Source of the DNA: Callorhinchus milii
Taxonomy: Eukaryota
Length of the DNA: 64,000 nt
Assembly (NCBI RefSeq): GCF_018977255.1
Contig: NW_024704748.1
Coordinates: 18,476,001-18,540,000 of the forward strand
Reading direction: 5' to 3'
The stretch's first letter is position 1, and each line of letters starts with the position of its first letter. Of this stretch, positions 1 to 13,282 are shown piece by piece. Under the pieces are notes generated by a model. That model worked only from the letters and a program-made list of their open reading frames with translations, made no database searches and was not told the DNA's origin. A program made the translations under genes and the position numbers.

Positions 1-544
1 GAATGAGAACTACATAAATAGGCAATACTTTAGCATTAGCACTGGTAATATTGACAGAAGAATTCTCCATAACACAGAGACAGTGCAAATTCTATTGAAA
101 AACTTAACTTGCAAGTCTGTCAGTATGTACTTCACATATTTCTCAGTCTCTGTAATTCCTCTTGAAAACATATTTACAATAAAAGTGCAAACTAAATCCA
201 TTAGTTATGTGCAGTAATGATTCAGGACTTTCTATTATAATCTAACTCTGCAAACAGTTTGCTGTACATTTGTTTATAGCATTATCCAAAACTCTAAACT
301 GTAGGGGTCCTGACATAATGTACGAAAACAAATTTACACAGCACTTAGCTTGCCAGCAGTCACCAACAGAGTAAACATAAAAATGTAATATTCGCAGGCA
401 CTCAGTCTTGTGTGAATAAAAAAAGAAAAAAAAAGCATTTTTAAAATGCCTAGTACGTCAAACGCCCAATGCATTTTACAGTGATCATCAAGTGCAATGG
501 TGTTTTGTAGCCAATTTCTCAGAATTGAATTAACCAATATTGAA

Positions 545-915
545 GGTTATGCAATGAAGTCCCACATTGGGACTTTGATCTCACAGTCTAGACTGAGACT
601 CCAGTTCTGTCTTGGCTGAGTGTTGGTTGTCAGAGGTGCCATCCTCCAGGTGAGACATTAAACCAAGGTTCTGTCTGCCTGATCAGGTGGGCGTTATAGA
701 TCCCTATTTGAAAAGAGAAGGCAGTTTCTCCCAATGTTCCAGCCAAGAATACCTCAGATAAAATTGATCACTCACTACATGTTTGGGGGACATTACTGTG
801 CATGAATTGGTTGTCACGTTTTCCTCCAAAATACACAGTCACTACGCTTTATAGTAAAAATCTGTGGAAGCGCTTTGAAAAGTATTCCCAACTTGAAAGG
901 CTATAAATTAAATGC
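545..915 (+). mobile_element. Old Deu-domain SINE (SacSINE1/AmnSINE-like), decayed
   Basis: gtcagaggtgccatcctccaggtgagacattaaaccaagg Deu-like core, followed by the same 3' body as the younger SINEs (ctgtgcatgaattggttg...gaagcgctttg). Confidence 0.65.
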
Positions 916-916
916 A

Positions 917-1181
917 AGGCTTTCAGCCGCTCTGCCTCCACACTCTGGAACTCCATCCCACAGTCCCTTCGCCTCGCTTCCTCCCTTGCCTCCTTCAAGG
1001 CTGGTCGCAAGACCCTTCTCTTCGATTGTGCCTTTGGTTGCCCTCCCACCTCTCTGCCTTCCCTCACCCCTACACCACCCCTCCCCCATGCTTGGGCCCT
1101 GACACCTGACTGTTCAGCGTTTTGGGACATCCTCCCGACGTGAAAGGCTCTCTATAAATGTAATTTTGTTGTTGTTGTTGT
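917..1181 (+). mobile_element. L2 LINE 3' end fragment
   Basis: Encodes AFSRSASTLWNSIP-like ORF2 C-terminus, a C-rich 3'UTR, the tail gggacatcctcccgacgtgaaagg and (TTG)n. Confidence 0.85.
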
Positions 1182-1906
1182 CATCGTTTTCAACCATAAA
1201 TAATAGTCAATGAGAATTTTCAGCATGGGTCAAATACAGAATGTATAAATTATTTACAGTCGTAAATGCAGAATCATAAACATAAAGCCACTTTGCAGTA
1301 ATTTGATAATTATCTTAGGGGTTAAAAGGATTTGAATTTACAGTGTAAGCTGCAATAGATTTGATAGGTTTCAGAACATAGCTAAACTAATGTACTTATT
1401 AAAGACCAGAACCTTTGTAGTTTGCTGTAATGTCTGAAACCAAAATATCCGTTACATTTGCAATTGCATCCCATTCACTTCCGTGGCAGTCTTTTTTTAT
1501 TGCTTTAAAATTGACATCACATCAGACTTTTAATGTTATATTTATTCTATTTCATTTAGTCAAGTGTGTCATTGAGCAGCAGTGCTGTATTATGTTGCAC
1601 TTAATGGGATTCTGCTGTTGTAGAATTAAGGGAAATAATTAGACCAGTTGATGGAAGTTAATCAGCATGAAGCAGAAATTTACCTCAGGGATACTACACC
1701 AGTTATTTGCTGTCATTTATCTTGCAAAGTAATGAAGCACAGGAGTCCATAGTCTTCAGTTGGTAAAGATTCTGTCTGCTGTATTAATAGTACAGCTCTA
1801 GGGAATTCGTCAAAGAAAATGAAAACAGTTTTTTGAAGAACTAGACAAAAACACATTGGACTGCTTCGAAAACTTTGTATAAAATATTTATTTTTGTTAT
1901 ACATAC

Positions 1907-2010
1907 AATCATAGAATCTTACAGCACAGAATGAGGTACAATGAGGCCTCTTTGAAAGAGCTAGCCAACTAGCCCCACTTCCCCGCTCTTACCCAATAGC
2001 CCTGCAAATC
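1907..2010 (-). mobile_element. CR1 LINE 3' tail fragment
   Basis: atcatagaatc..acagcacagaa start and ctctttgaaagagctag...atagccctgcaaa are shared with the copies at 18190 and 30856. Confidence 0.7.
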
Positions 2011-2178
2011 AAAAAGAAAATAAGGAAACATGCAAAAGTGGCGTCTTGGTGGCACAATGTTGAAGGTCACAAATGTGGGCTTCATTAAAACTCATGAGTG
2101 AATTCTAAGCTTAAGGATCAAAATTTGGCCATGTCTTTAAATGTGCATTTTCAACAGAAAAATTCTTATGGCTAATTA

Positions 2179-2269
2179 TTTCAGATCTATTGGACCACTG
2201 CAGAATTGAAGCTTACGATAGCATAAAAGAGATGTAACTTAATGCTGCAGTGGTCCAAAAGATATGAAA
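2179..2269. repeat. About 91-nt imperfect inverted repeat (hairpin)
   Basis: TTTCAGATCTATTGGACCACTGCAGAATTGAAGCTTAC pairs with GTAACTTAATGCTGCAGTGGTCCAAAAGATATGAAA. Confidence 0.85.
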
Positions 2270-2730
2270 GTCTTAGGAGCACAATAGGAACAAACATATT
2301 TCCACATATTTCATATGTGAACTCATCTGATAAAAGGTTTGAGTTAAGTTTTGACCTCCATTGCAAGTTAGATATAAATCATATCCCGCAGGTTATTTCG
2401 TAATGTATACTGGATATTTTAAAAATTAATTAGGTGAGGAAATAGGTGTAAAAGATGAGTTCAGTGGCAGATTCCCTTGTGGCCTGATTCCAATGCAGCT
2501 GGAGGCAATGTACATTCTAATTAGTCTATCGTATGTAGATTTAGAATATTTCTACTTTGAAAAGAGTGTTCAAACAAACTTCAATATACACAATAATTTC
2601 AGGCATCCTAGAAATTACAGAAGGGAAAGAGACCATTCAGGTGAACATAACTGTGGTATTGTATGTGTTGCATAATCCACACGCAAAACAAAACAACACT
2701 TTACCTTTGATTCCTCCTTTTACCTTCATT

Positions 2731-3058
2731 GTGGAGTCCTGTAGCTCAGTGGTTAGAGCACTCGCTTTGCAAGTGAGAGACCTGAGTTCAATTCCAGGCA
2801 GAGGGCGAAACCTTGGGCAAGTTTCCTTACTCCACACGCCTAATAATAATCCCTCCAAAACAAAAACAATAATAAATTGGTCATTTTCAATCTACGACTG
2901 TTTGTGGGACATTGCTGTGCGCAATTGGCTGCCGCGTTCGCCCACAAATATACAGTCAATTCACTTTACAGTCTATTCTGTGAAGCGCTTTGGGACGTCC
3001 TCCCGACGTGAAAAGCGCTATATCAAATGCAAGGATTATTATTATTATTATTATTATT
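2731..3058 (+). mobile_element. tRNA-derived SINE with L2-type tail, full length
   Basis: Pol III A box TAGCTCAGTGG, B box GTTCAATTCC, shared body and (ATT)n tail; many copies in the window. Confidence 0.92.
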
Positions 3059-5534
3059 TGAACTTAATTTAACTGAACTTAACACTGATGGTTTTGGTGC
3101 ACTCTTCAACTTTAAGCATTTCTTTGTCGAGAACCTCCTTGGCAAGACTCAGCTTCAGAAACAATTAGCTTTATTTTTGCATCTTGTCAGGTTCTCCATT
3201 ATGTTGGATCATTTCCAACAATAATGCTAGAACAAACCAGCAATTGTCTCTCTGTGTGCTCGAATGATTCATGGAAATGTTGACGACTGCTTGCGTTTGC
3301 AACACTTTTTTCATGCTGGCACACTTTTGCCCTTTGTAACCCAGGTAAAATGTTTATCCAAAAAGGCTCCACAAAATAGTGACTGAGTTTCATATACACT
3401 TTTTTGTGCAGCTCTTTCCCAGAGAGTGTTGCTGTCTGGAATTCTATTCCGCAAGTGTAGACATTTAAATGTGGAGCTAACCATAACCATTTGCTGAACT
3501 TTGTGAAATCTAATGCTTGCAGGAACTCCAGTCCAGTATATCTATCTTTTTATGTGCTTACAACAGCTACTATGATTAGTTTTGTTAGATATTTGAGCTT
3601 GTTGACTCCAGTCATATTCTATTGTACTGTTTCAGTGCACAAAAGCATCAAGCAAAAAAAGTGGGTACAGTGAGTTAGAGAGGAGTGAAAAAGGGAGACT
3701 GAGTCAGCAAAACAAAATGGACACAAGGAGAAGAAAGACATTGATGAAGAACGTATTCCAATGAATGTAATCAAAGTGCGGTGGCTTATTTTGTCTCTAC
3801 AGAATAGATATGTCACCATCTCCATCAATAAAGACAACTGGTGACTAGATTAGTGTAGGCAGATTTGGACAGAAACCGATGGTGACCAAACAAATGGTAT
3901 TACTTTCAGCACTGAGTTATTCAAGTCAACAATGCTGTTGAGCAAGATGGAGCATGAAGTTGCTCACACTTCTGAAAAGGGCTGCACATTCTCTAGTGAA
4001 AATTATGTAGCTTTTTGATTGGTAATCACATCTAGTCAATGACAGGGCAAACAGTTGGTGAAGATTGGAAAAATGAGTAGAATTGCTTAAAAAGTTCAGC
4101 CTCTGTTATCATCGTCAACAATATAATTAGGACTACACCTTCCTGGTATTATCTCAATGAATCTTCACTGCAATATCTCCATGTCTGAGATATAATTAAT
4201 GTAATGGGACAGCTACAGTTTGGATGCAGCACTCTAACCATAGTTGATAGTGCATTGTGCTTCAATAAATGTATATAAAAAATATTGATTATCTTAATTG
4301 GTTTCTTGTTTTAGAAATTAATTTTACGCACCAGATAGAAACTATTTCCTGAAAGAGGGAAAAATTGGATGCTGTGCATTGTTCTTTATCAAGTGACCTC
4401 GGCTGTCCCTTTCAGATTAAAGTGACACAAAGGGTTATATTTTGTTGCCATGTTATGCTAGAATTCCATAACAGCAGATGACTAACACCAGGGAATAAGG
4501 ATATAATTTCAATGACATGTAGTTGACTAATGAATAACAGACCAAAAGAAAAGACTAAAACTTTTTATTGATTCTTGCACATTTTTAACAAAGAATATGC
4601 CAATAAATAAAGAAATAAATATTTTTTGAAAACGGACAATGAGACCTTTCATTTCTTTAGGAATGTATTCTTCAGTTCCTGTTTGTAACCTGTTTAAATT
4701 CTAATGTCACCTCAAGCATGACCAGATGAAAAATAACAATTAACTTAACATTCAGTGATTTTTTTTGATCTATTCATTGCATTTCTGTGTGGCGCGAGGT
4801 ACTTTGCATTGAATCTTTGCTGGCTGGGTGCAAGAATATCTTTTTTTATCAATGAAAAATATTTCAAGACATGCCTAATTGCCCATGATAATCACTGTAT
4901 GAAATGGAGCCATACGGACCAGGAAGTTCCCAGGTCTGTACTGAGTTAACTGGGCTTACTAGGATAATGCTGGTTTAGAATTTGCCTAACTCCTCCTTAT
5001 TGCTGAGAGAAGAAATGTTCATCCCAGCAATCTGGACTGGATTTCGACTTGGGTTGCACAGGACAGGCAGTAATCTACTGTATCCTCCATATGTTTCCTA
5101 AATGTAAGCAACACAAAATACTATTAGAATCCTTCCAGAAATTCATTTGGAGAATAGAATTGAGCTGAATTAAAATGATGGTGCTTGTTAGCAATAATTA
5201 AATAAGTAAGAACATTATATTTTTCATGACTGTTGAAAAAAAATTATCAATTCAGTTACAATTGAACAAAATGTCACCTCAGTAAAATAACCACTTCTGC
5301 AATTTTATATGTCCGAATGTTTTCCAAGTTCTGCACATAAATTAAAGAAACAATAGTTATTTATGCACACTGATGGCAATAGTTTGTCTCTTGTGGTTTC
5401 CTGATGAATGTCATGTTTTAAAAAAGGTATTGTATAGCAGATACTTCATATTGAATTATTCTACAGTGCAGAATGTTGTAAAGCAAGTAAAATTATTTGT
5501 AAATCCAATTGCAGTTCTTAGAACTCTCCAAACA

Positions 5535-5605
5535 TCAACAACCACAACAAAATTACATTTGTATAGCACCTTTCACATCGGGAGGATGTCCCAAGGCGCT
5601 GGCAT
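5535..5605 (-). mobile_element. L2 LINE extreme 3' tail
   Basis: caacaaaattacatttgtatagcacctttcacatcgggaggatgtcccaaggcgctgg is the reverse complement of the L2 tail. Confidence 0.75.
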
Positions 5606-7461
5606 ACTAGACAGAGTGCACACCGAACATGAAAGAAAGAGAAACATACATATTTGGAACTTTCAGTAGTTTGGCTTGGAGAATCTTAAGCGTGGTGAGA
5701 CATTTCTGCCTGTCTCAGATACATGCCTGACCGAAAGCAAAACAAAATTCTCATATCTCTGTTTTTCGGTTTAGTACTGCTGCTTGGAAACAGCCTGGGT
5801 ACTCCTTGTGATCAGGGAATTCTTCATTGCATCTGTTTGGGACCAAATGTACGCGAAAATGTAATGAGAAATGGTGTTGCTTTACCATGCAAAGCTTCTT
5901 ACTAGATTGCAGGTCATTGAGTAATTAAAACATAATCTGCAAATCTAGGGCATATTGATTATATTTTAATATGAAGCTTGTCAGTAGTATGTCTGGTTCG
6001 AGGATTTCCAACTGCCTTAATCCCAAGCAATGTATTCAATGTCTGACATTGATTAGCCTGTATGTACCACATACACTGCATTTATTGACAAAAAATACGT
6101 TCAATAAAGTAGATTATTATGTAAGTTTGGAAGATAAACAAACCCAGAAATTCAATGTAGGACTAGATTTCCTTCAGATTGTGAAAAAAATCATGTAATA
6201 TACTGTACAATTTTCCTGTACAACTAATCAGTTAACAGGCTTGTAAGATTTGGGTATTAAATTTCAATGGGCTATAAGAAGAATATTTACATTACTTTGA
6301 CCTATCTCTTCATGAAGCTACTTGCTAACCTTTACACATTCCTGTGCATGTCATTTTGGATGCCTCTCCATTTCTTATCGACTTGTGTCTTTGCTGTCTT
6401 TGGATGTTTTGGAAGCATATTGCATTGAATGGAAAGTGTTTCCATTGGTGGAGGATGCCTCTTCTGCAGGGACAGTGTCCTTCAGTCAGAACACTGGGCG
6501 CTGATCCAGACTCTAAAATAGTTTTCATTCAACCTGATCCCTAACTGTTATCAGATGGAGCTGCAGCTGCATCTGGAGCTGAAGCGTGATATTTCCTTCA
6601 CAAGCTTGCTCAGTCTACAAACATGGACCGGGCCATGATGCTACCCAGTTATCAGTTCAACCATTTTGATGGTAATCAGCAGGGTTAGGATTTGGCTTAG
6701 ACTTGAATTATGTTCAGGATACTTGGCTTGATCTTGAAACTTGATGCCTGGTGACCAAACTGCTAAAAGAAAAGAGATTCATCTTTCATGACATTTAAAT
6801 TGCTGAGCTGAAAGCGAAGCTTGTTGAAAACTACTGAACAGAGTCGCTATTCAAACACAAAAATCCACAACACTCAATGATCTTAATCATGATGCTGTAC
6901 ATTGTTTGATAACTGGTTTAGGAGATTAAATCAAATAAACGTATTTCCCAGATATTAATTTGCAATGTGTTGTAAACCATTTTCTTCCATTTCATGCAGA
7001 ATTTTTTACTTTCTTGATCCTTTCTTGTTCATCCGTTTTTGTTTTCACTGTCAAATTGCTGGCAATTCAAAGCAACATGAGCTCAACATTTAACATTATG
7101 TATAATCAAAATGTAAACGTTTTGACTGAAGGAATCTGTAGCTAACAGAAAAAAAAGGTAGGAGCAATACTCCGACTTTAAAGACATTACATGCATAACT
7201 TCCATTGTCTGTACTTTTTAGATGGGTAATGTAACTTACCTGAAATGTCTATTCAAATAATTGTAGCACAGTATTAAAAATTGATAAGACCATATTAATT
7301 CTCTTTTTTGAACTTTGTCCTTTATTGTACTGCTCAATTCCTCTTACCTACATTTTGAAATCTAACTTTCTATTTAGTGATTGAAAAAACAATCTGTCAT
7401 GCTTTCTTTTCTTTCATCACTGACTGTGCTGCCTCTCTTTGACATTGAACTGTGACTCCAG

Positions 7462-7476
7462 ACTGGCAGTTTGAGG
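7462..7476 (+). CDS. PCDH15: PCDH15 15-nt microexon (exon 2a-type), (D)WQFE(D)
   Basis: ctccag|ACTGGCAGTTTGAGG|gtaaga, phase 1-1. It matches the alternatively included DWQYE N-terminal segment known from mammalian PCDH15. A pyrimidine tract and a cactgac branch-like motif lie upstream. Confidence 0.88.
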
Positions 7477-7844
7477 GTAAGATTGTGAAGTTATACCAGC
7501 TTATCATCTTTTTAGTTATTTTATTTTCTTGCTCAGCTAACCTAGCACTTTACATTCAGGGCGGCCTTTAACATTGTTTAAGCGTTTGTGATGGCACACA
7601 ACTATAAGGATGCATACACAAGTTCTAATGAAAGATTATTCCATTACAGAATATTGGTACATTTATACTGTACCTTTTATCTATTGTTTTCTAATCCTTT
7701 ATTCTTAAATGTTAGCATTCAGATTAAATGTTTAATACAAAAGCTTGTTATAGTCCCCTTAAAAATGGTGCGTACGAGTGATTAGATGTTAAGGCATGTC
7801 TACATGATTGTCTTACAGTGCGTAACACCTGTTTTGTTTTGTAA

Positions 7845-7940
<96 letters not shown>

Positions 7941-10900
7941 TAGAAATCATGTACTTGTTGCAACTTGTTTCATACATTGAAGCACAAAAATATTGTTATA
8001 AATTGTTGATTAAAAATTATTGGAGACTGATATACATTGAAATAATGTTTTTTTGTGAGTTGACATCCAGTCATTCTGAGTACTTGTGTTCCTTTGGAAT
8101 TGTGGCTTGTTTCAAATTGTTTAATGTAGGATGAATTAGTGGTTTATACTTAATATGTTTCATGTTGAACTGATCTTGTTAGTTCAAAGGTCTTTTAATT
8201 TTCCTTTCATAATTACCTTACTAGACAGTGTAATAAATCAAAAATGTAGCTTATCTTTATCTTTCATATTAAACAGGAGATAGGTAAAATAATGACAATT
8301 TAGACACTAACAAGGCATTCTTCTTCATAAATGTTATTCAATTCCAGATTTACAACTGGATGAAGAGATAAATTTGGGGTTGTGCAGTCCTTTATCTTCT
8401 GGCCTTTTAAATGTCACATTAGCTAAATTCCTTTCACCATCCTACAACTTATACTGATACACAGAGTATTTGTTCCTTCCATTGATCATCATAGTTCTCT
8501 AAAAATGCATATTATGTCTATGTGCTACTCTTATTCACTTCAGCTTATTATCTAGTACAAAAATTTCTACTTACTCGTTTAATATGCAATTTATTCATGG
8601 TCACGCCAATATGAAATGTTACTGTTTAAGCAAATATGAAGATGATAGTTCAGACAAAAACATAGGAGAATTTGCGCAAACTACATATCCGATTAGATAA
8701 GGCAAGATACACATTAAGAAATTAAATCTACAGAAATTAGATTGCTTTGAATTTTTGTTAAATATAGCAGTTAATTTTCATTTTTGTATTAATCAGTTGA
8801 GGATTTGTAATTATACAATGCCCTTGATTCACACTGTAACCTAATTAATTTGTATAGATAACAAGAGAATATTTGCCTGCAAAATCTTCTACAAAGTTGT
8901 AGCAATAGCAAATTAAAACCTATGCATGACTAGCCTAATAAGCCTATTACTACTTGTTTCTTTTTTTGTCAGGCTTTGTGTTAATCTTCACAATAAGTCA
9001 CTCATTTAATTTATGTATATTAGGCTTTGCAGACTACATATCTTTTTTCTGAAGGTACTGTTTATCAGCACTAAGCATTTGTAGAATTTGGGTCCAAAAT
9101 TTGGAACTTTGATGCAGATCAGAGTTTGAATGTATAAGGGTTGAGCATGTGCAGATGAACCTTCATTGGACCTTAAGCAATTGCTTCACCCCTCTACCTA
9201 ACTGAGAGGGACTTGAATGTTAACGCATAAACCCCACTGAACCAACTAGAATTTTCCAAGAAAAATAACTATAAAACTTGAAGCAGTTACAAAAGTAGAA
9301 TGAGTTATTGAACCAATAATAAACAAAAGTCTTCCATTTAGAACTAATGCTAAATAATGAGCTTTGTGATATCAGAATTCAGAGAACGTCCTTATTTTGA
9401 AAATACTCAGTAGTGACACTGAATCTGCAGACCAGTTCTACTATGAATTGCAACAAGTTAATGTAAGATCTACAGTTTACTGCACTGTTGATTTACAGGA
9501 ATGCTTCTGGTTAAAATAAGCAGTGTAAATTTGCCTCAAGCACGTCCTTGATTCTCGGGATGCTTGTATGCAGCCCTGGGCTGCCTTTTGCATTTTTTGT
9601 AATATTAGTGAAGAGCTGGTTGGTATTTTGGTAACATTAAATGCTTTAGACCATTTCAGATGTTGGCACTTGTGATTAACAACAAGTATATGAGAAGTTG
9701 GTAATCAAGTGGATTGAAGCCCTTTGTTCATCTGAACTTCTTTTGTGAGTTACTCTATAACTCAATGCCTACTGGCCTTCAGTTTTCTATTGCAGTAACT
9801 AGCCTGACATTGGCACCTATAATATTACTGGGCCAGTAAACCACAAGTCAGCGATCACTTTCCTGTTAAACTGATGTTAAAATTTAAGTGAAATCTAGCA
9901 ATTCTAGTCAGATCATTAGCAGTGAATGTTCTAAAGTAGAATTAATGTTTTTCAGTTGTTTTTGATAGGATCAGCTATGTTATCTGCTGATAACGTTGCG
10001 CTCGAACATGTAATATACCTCGAACGCTGGTCATGGTACTCTAGACATCTGAGTAATGAATTCTCTGGTTTCTTGAAATGCTCATTAAATTTGCTTTAGG
10101 AGTATTGTAGGATATCCCATTTATAAACTGAATTACATTTTGACTTGACAAGTGTTAAACTAGGTTTTCATGAAAACAAAGTACAAGGTTCTTGCTCTTC
10201 AGAGCTAATACAACTACATGTATTTTAGTGAGGACTGAAAAGACTTGTTTCGGGAATTGTTGTTTGATGACTGACTGACTGACTGACTGGAATATCATTG
10301 CTGAAAGTGTTGATAATCATAATATTCTATTGTCATGGAAGAAAACGATTAAGCTAACTTAAACATTGCACATTGCACTGAAATATTTTTCTGACATAGA
10401 GAGCAGTGCCTTTCAACATTATTAAAAATTGATTGAGAAAAATAGCAGCTCGTGATTCAGTGATTCAGCAGTGGGACCTGCACCACTGAAAGAAGGATTA
10501 TACTATGTGAAATCCATAACTTGCCTAACTGTATCCCCAACATCACCTTTTTCTGTCTTTGTATACTCCAACATCCACCACGGATGGATTTGTAAGCACC
10601 TGCCCTTGTCACAGTGGGTTTGCTCTGCCACTTAATCTTTTTTTAAAAAAATTCCTAGCGGACCAAATCTCACTTCAGAGACGGCAACAATAACTCTACT
10701 ACCTGACATATTTCAAACAATCTTTGGCAGTGACTGATTTCTTCCCTGCCACATGCAAGTCCCTATACTTAAGGTAGCCACCCAAACCTCTGGCTGCACT
10801 CAGTGATCCAGCAAATGCATTGTAATGGATCTTTCAGGAGGCCAATGTATTATTCACATCTGTGACCTTTTGACTAGGCTACTAGTTGAATAAATGACAC

Positions 10901-10988
10901 ATTCCCCTATTTTGATACTATTGAAGCACAGAAAATAAAAATGTGTTCCACACACTTCTGTTTATTAATTATTATGTTTCAGCAGCAA

Positions 10989-11885
10989 CATAACACAACA
11001 TAACATGTAGGAGCAGGAGTAGGCCATTCGGCCCTTCGAGCCTACCCTGCCATTCAATCATGGCTGATCTTCTAATCTAACTCCAGCTAATAACCTAACC
11101 CTGCCTTATCCCCATATCCCTTAATCCTTTTTGCAATAAGAAATCTATCTATCTCAGTCTTGAATATGTTCAACAACTGAGCATCAACAGCCCTTTGGGG
11201 TAGAAAGTTCCATACATTCACCACTTTATGAGTGAAGAAGTTCTTCCTCAACTCAGTGCGAAAGGGCTGGCCTCTGATTTTAAGGTTGTGACCCCTGGTT
11301 TTAGTTTCTCCAACCAGGGGAAACAATCTCCCACTATCTACTCTATCATGCCCTTTGATGATCTTATAGGTTTCTATAAGATCCCCTCTAATTCTTCTAT
11401 ATTCTAGAGAATATAGGCCCAAATTGGTCAGCCTATCCTCGTAACTCATCCCCTTCATCCCTGGCACTACATCCTTCCTTAAATAAGGAGACCAAAACTG
11501 CGCACAGTATTCCAGGTGTGGTCTCACCAGGGCCCTATACAGTTGCAGAAAGACTTCCCTACTCTTATACTCTAATCCTTTCATAATGAATGCTGACATA
11601 CCGTTCGCCTTCCTAATTACTTGCTGCACCTGCAGACTAACTTTCTGTGATTGGTGTACAAGGACCCCCAAGTCCCTCTGGACGCTAACACATTCCAATC
11701 TCTCCCCTTCTAAAAAATAACCCGCTTTACTGTATTTGCTACCTAGGTGGATAACTTCGCATTTCCCTACATTATACTTCATCTGCCATCTACCTGCCCA
11801 ATCACCTAACCTATCTATGTCTCGCTGCATTTTTTAATGGCACCCTCTGTGTTGACACTTCCTCCTAGTTTTGTGTCATTGCTAG
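10989..11885 (-). mobile_element. CR1 LINE, 5'-truncated (ORF2 C-terminus plus 3'UTR)
   Basis: ORF 11087..11830 contains QRDLGV, LYRALVRPHLEYCAQFWSP and RGDLIETYK. It has an in-frame deletion relative to the copy at 33741 and a ggccgaatggcctactcctgctcc 3' end. Confidence 0.95.
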
Positions 11886-13095
11886 CTTGGGGATTATGCT
11901 TGGTTTACCCTATGGAATTCTACTAAGGCTTCCATCCAAAATGTGGATAAATTTAATTGATAGCTCTACATCACTAGAATATATATTTTGGGATATTTTA
12001 CCAATGTTCAAGTTAACCAAATACTTTTTGTCACTTGTAGGTAATAGATACCTGTCATTATTATGGGGATTTAGTCATGAATTTTAATCACAGGAAACAA
12101 ACATTTTGCAGGACATAGAACCTGATGCCCCCAAGGGAAACTCAGGATATATCCTTGTTTGCTGCTAATTGGTCCAAAGAGGCTACAGTTTGCTGAAATT
12201 GTCCCCCGTGTTGTACTTCACCATAAATGGTCTCTAACTTCGACATAATCTATGACCGATCTGTTGCTGCTTATCAAAAAGAAGAGGTATTGCAACTTCC
12301 ACCCACATTATGCATTAGAGAGAAACTGAAAAGCGATTTAAAATTCATTCTTCATAATTTAACATCAAATTTGATTGGACAGGAATCCGAAAATATTTGT
12401 GACTGTTTTTGGAAATTCACAGTACACATTGATAATTTCTAAACAACCACATCCACCAGAATACTTCCATCTAAACCAATCCTATAAAATTTGTACACTG
12501 AATGCAATTAGGAAAAAAATGAGACTAATCTAATTTGGCTTAATACCAATTCTTGCAGTGCACTGAGAAATATTTATCAACCAATTTGAATGTGCTGGGA
12601 AATAATGCAAATCTAGGAAAGGAGTGTTGATATGTCACAGATCTTGGATCTCTTTAATAATTTTAAGAAACTGTCAGAAATGATTTAACACCAACAGGGT
12701 GTAGCTAATATTATATAATGGCATGTCGTTCCTCATTTTGTACAATTTCAATCCAATTTTATTTTTATTTTCTCGTGCCTTTAGTGCCTTAGCTTTGAAA
12801 TGAAAATATACTAGCATTCTTATATCTCTATTAATACTGTACTTTTTTATTTGAATGCTTTCTATTTGGCTGAGCAATATTTTTTGTATATATACCTTTT
12901 CTGATCCATTACTCCCGACAGAGAAATCTGATTTTTTTGAAACCTTATTAGTTTCAGACATTCATTCTGTGAATTCTGTCACCAGAAGCATCCATAATCT
13001 GTATTGCACTAGAGATTAATTACTTTTATAAAACACTGTGAGACATTATTAGGTAATACAAACAACAAATGCATGCAAACTTTATTTTTTAGCAC

Positions 13096-13282
13096 CATAG
13101 AAATTTACAGCACAGTTAAAAGGCTTTTGGACCATTATATCTGTGCAGGCTCTTTGAAAGATCAATTCATTCAGTCCCATTTACTTGTCTTTTCCCACTT
13201 CAATCAAATAATTCATTTTTAGTTATTTGTCTAGTTCCTTCTTGAATACTAATAGGGGTTCTGTCTTGACCACTGCTCCTGG
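13096..13282 (-). mobile_element. CR1 LINE 3' fragment, decayed
   Basis: catagaaatttacagcacag...gctctttgaaag is similar to the copy at 18190. Confidence 0.6.

Noticed and set aside
1560-1800. Possible conserved non-coding elements (also about 3760-3850 and 20140-20280)
   Set aside because: Rich in TAAT motifs, but conservation cannot be judged without alignments.
2733-2800. tRNA-like sequence with A and B boxes and a TGC anticodon-like loop (also at about 30790, 36503, 42615, 43865 and 54560)
   Set aside because: These are SINE heads followed by the shared body and tail, with no proper acceptor stem, so they are not tRNA genes.
2557-3072. 171-aa ORF and similar ORFs ending in RYIKCKDY
   Set aside because: Read-through of SINE sequence; the recurring peptide reflects the repeat, not a protein family.
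6322-6544. Three overlapping short ORFs as a candidate PCDH15 signal-peptide exon
   Set aside because: No match to the PCDH15 leader ending in QYDD and no suitable phase-1 donor found; the start exon is probably upstream of the window.
10268-10289. (TGAC)5 run and other tiny duplications (about 53476, 55265, 59059 and 61868)
   Set aside because: Ordinary slippage repeats with no supporting context.
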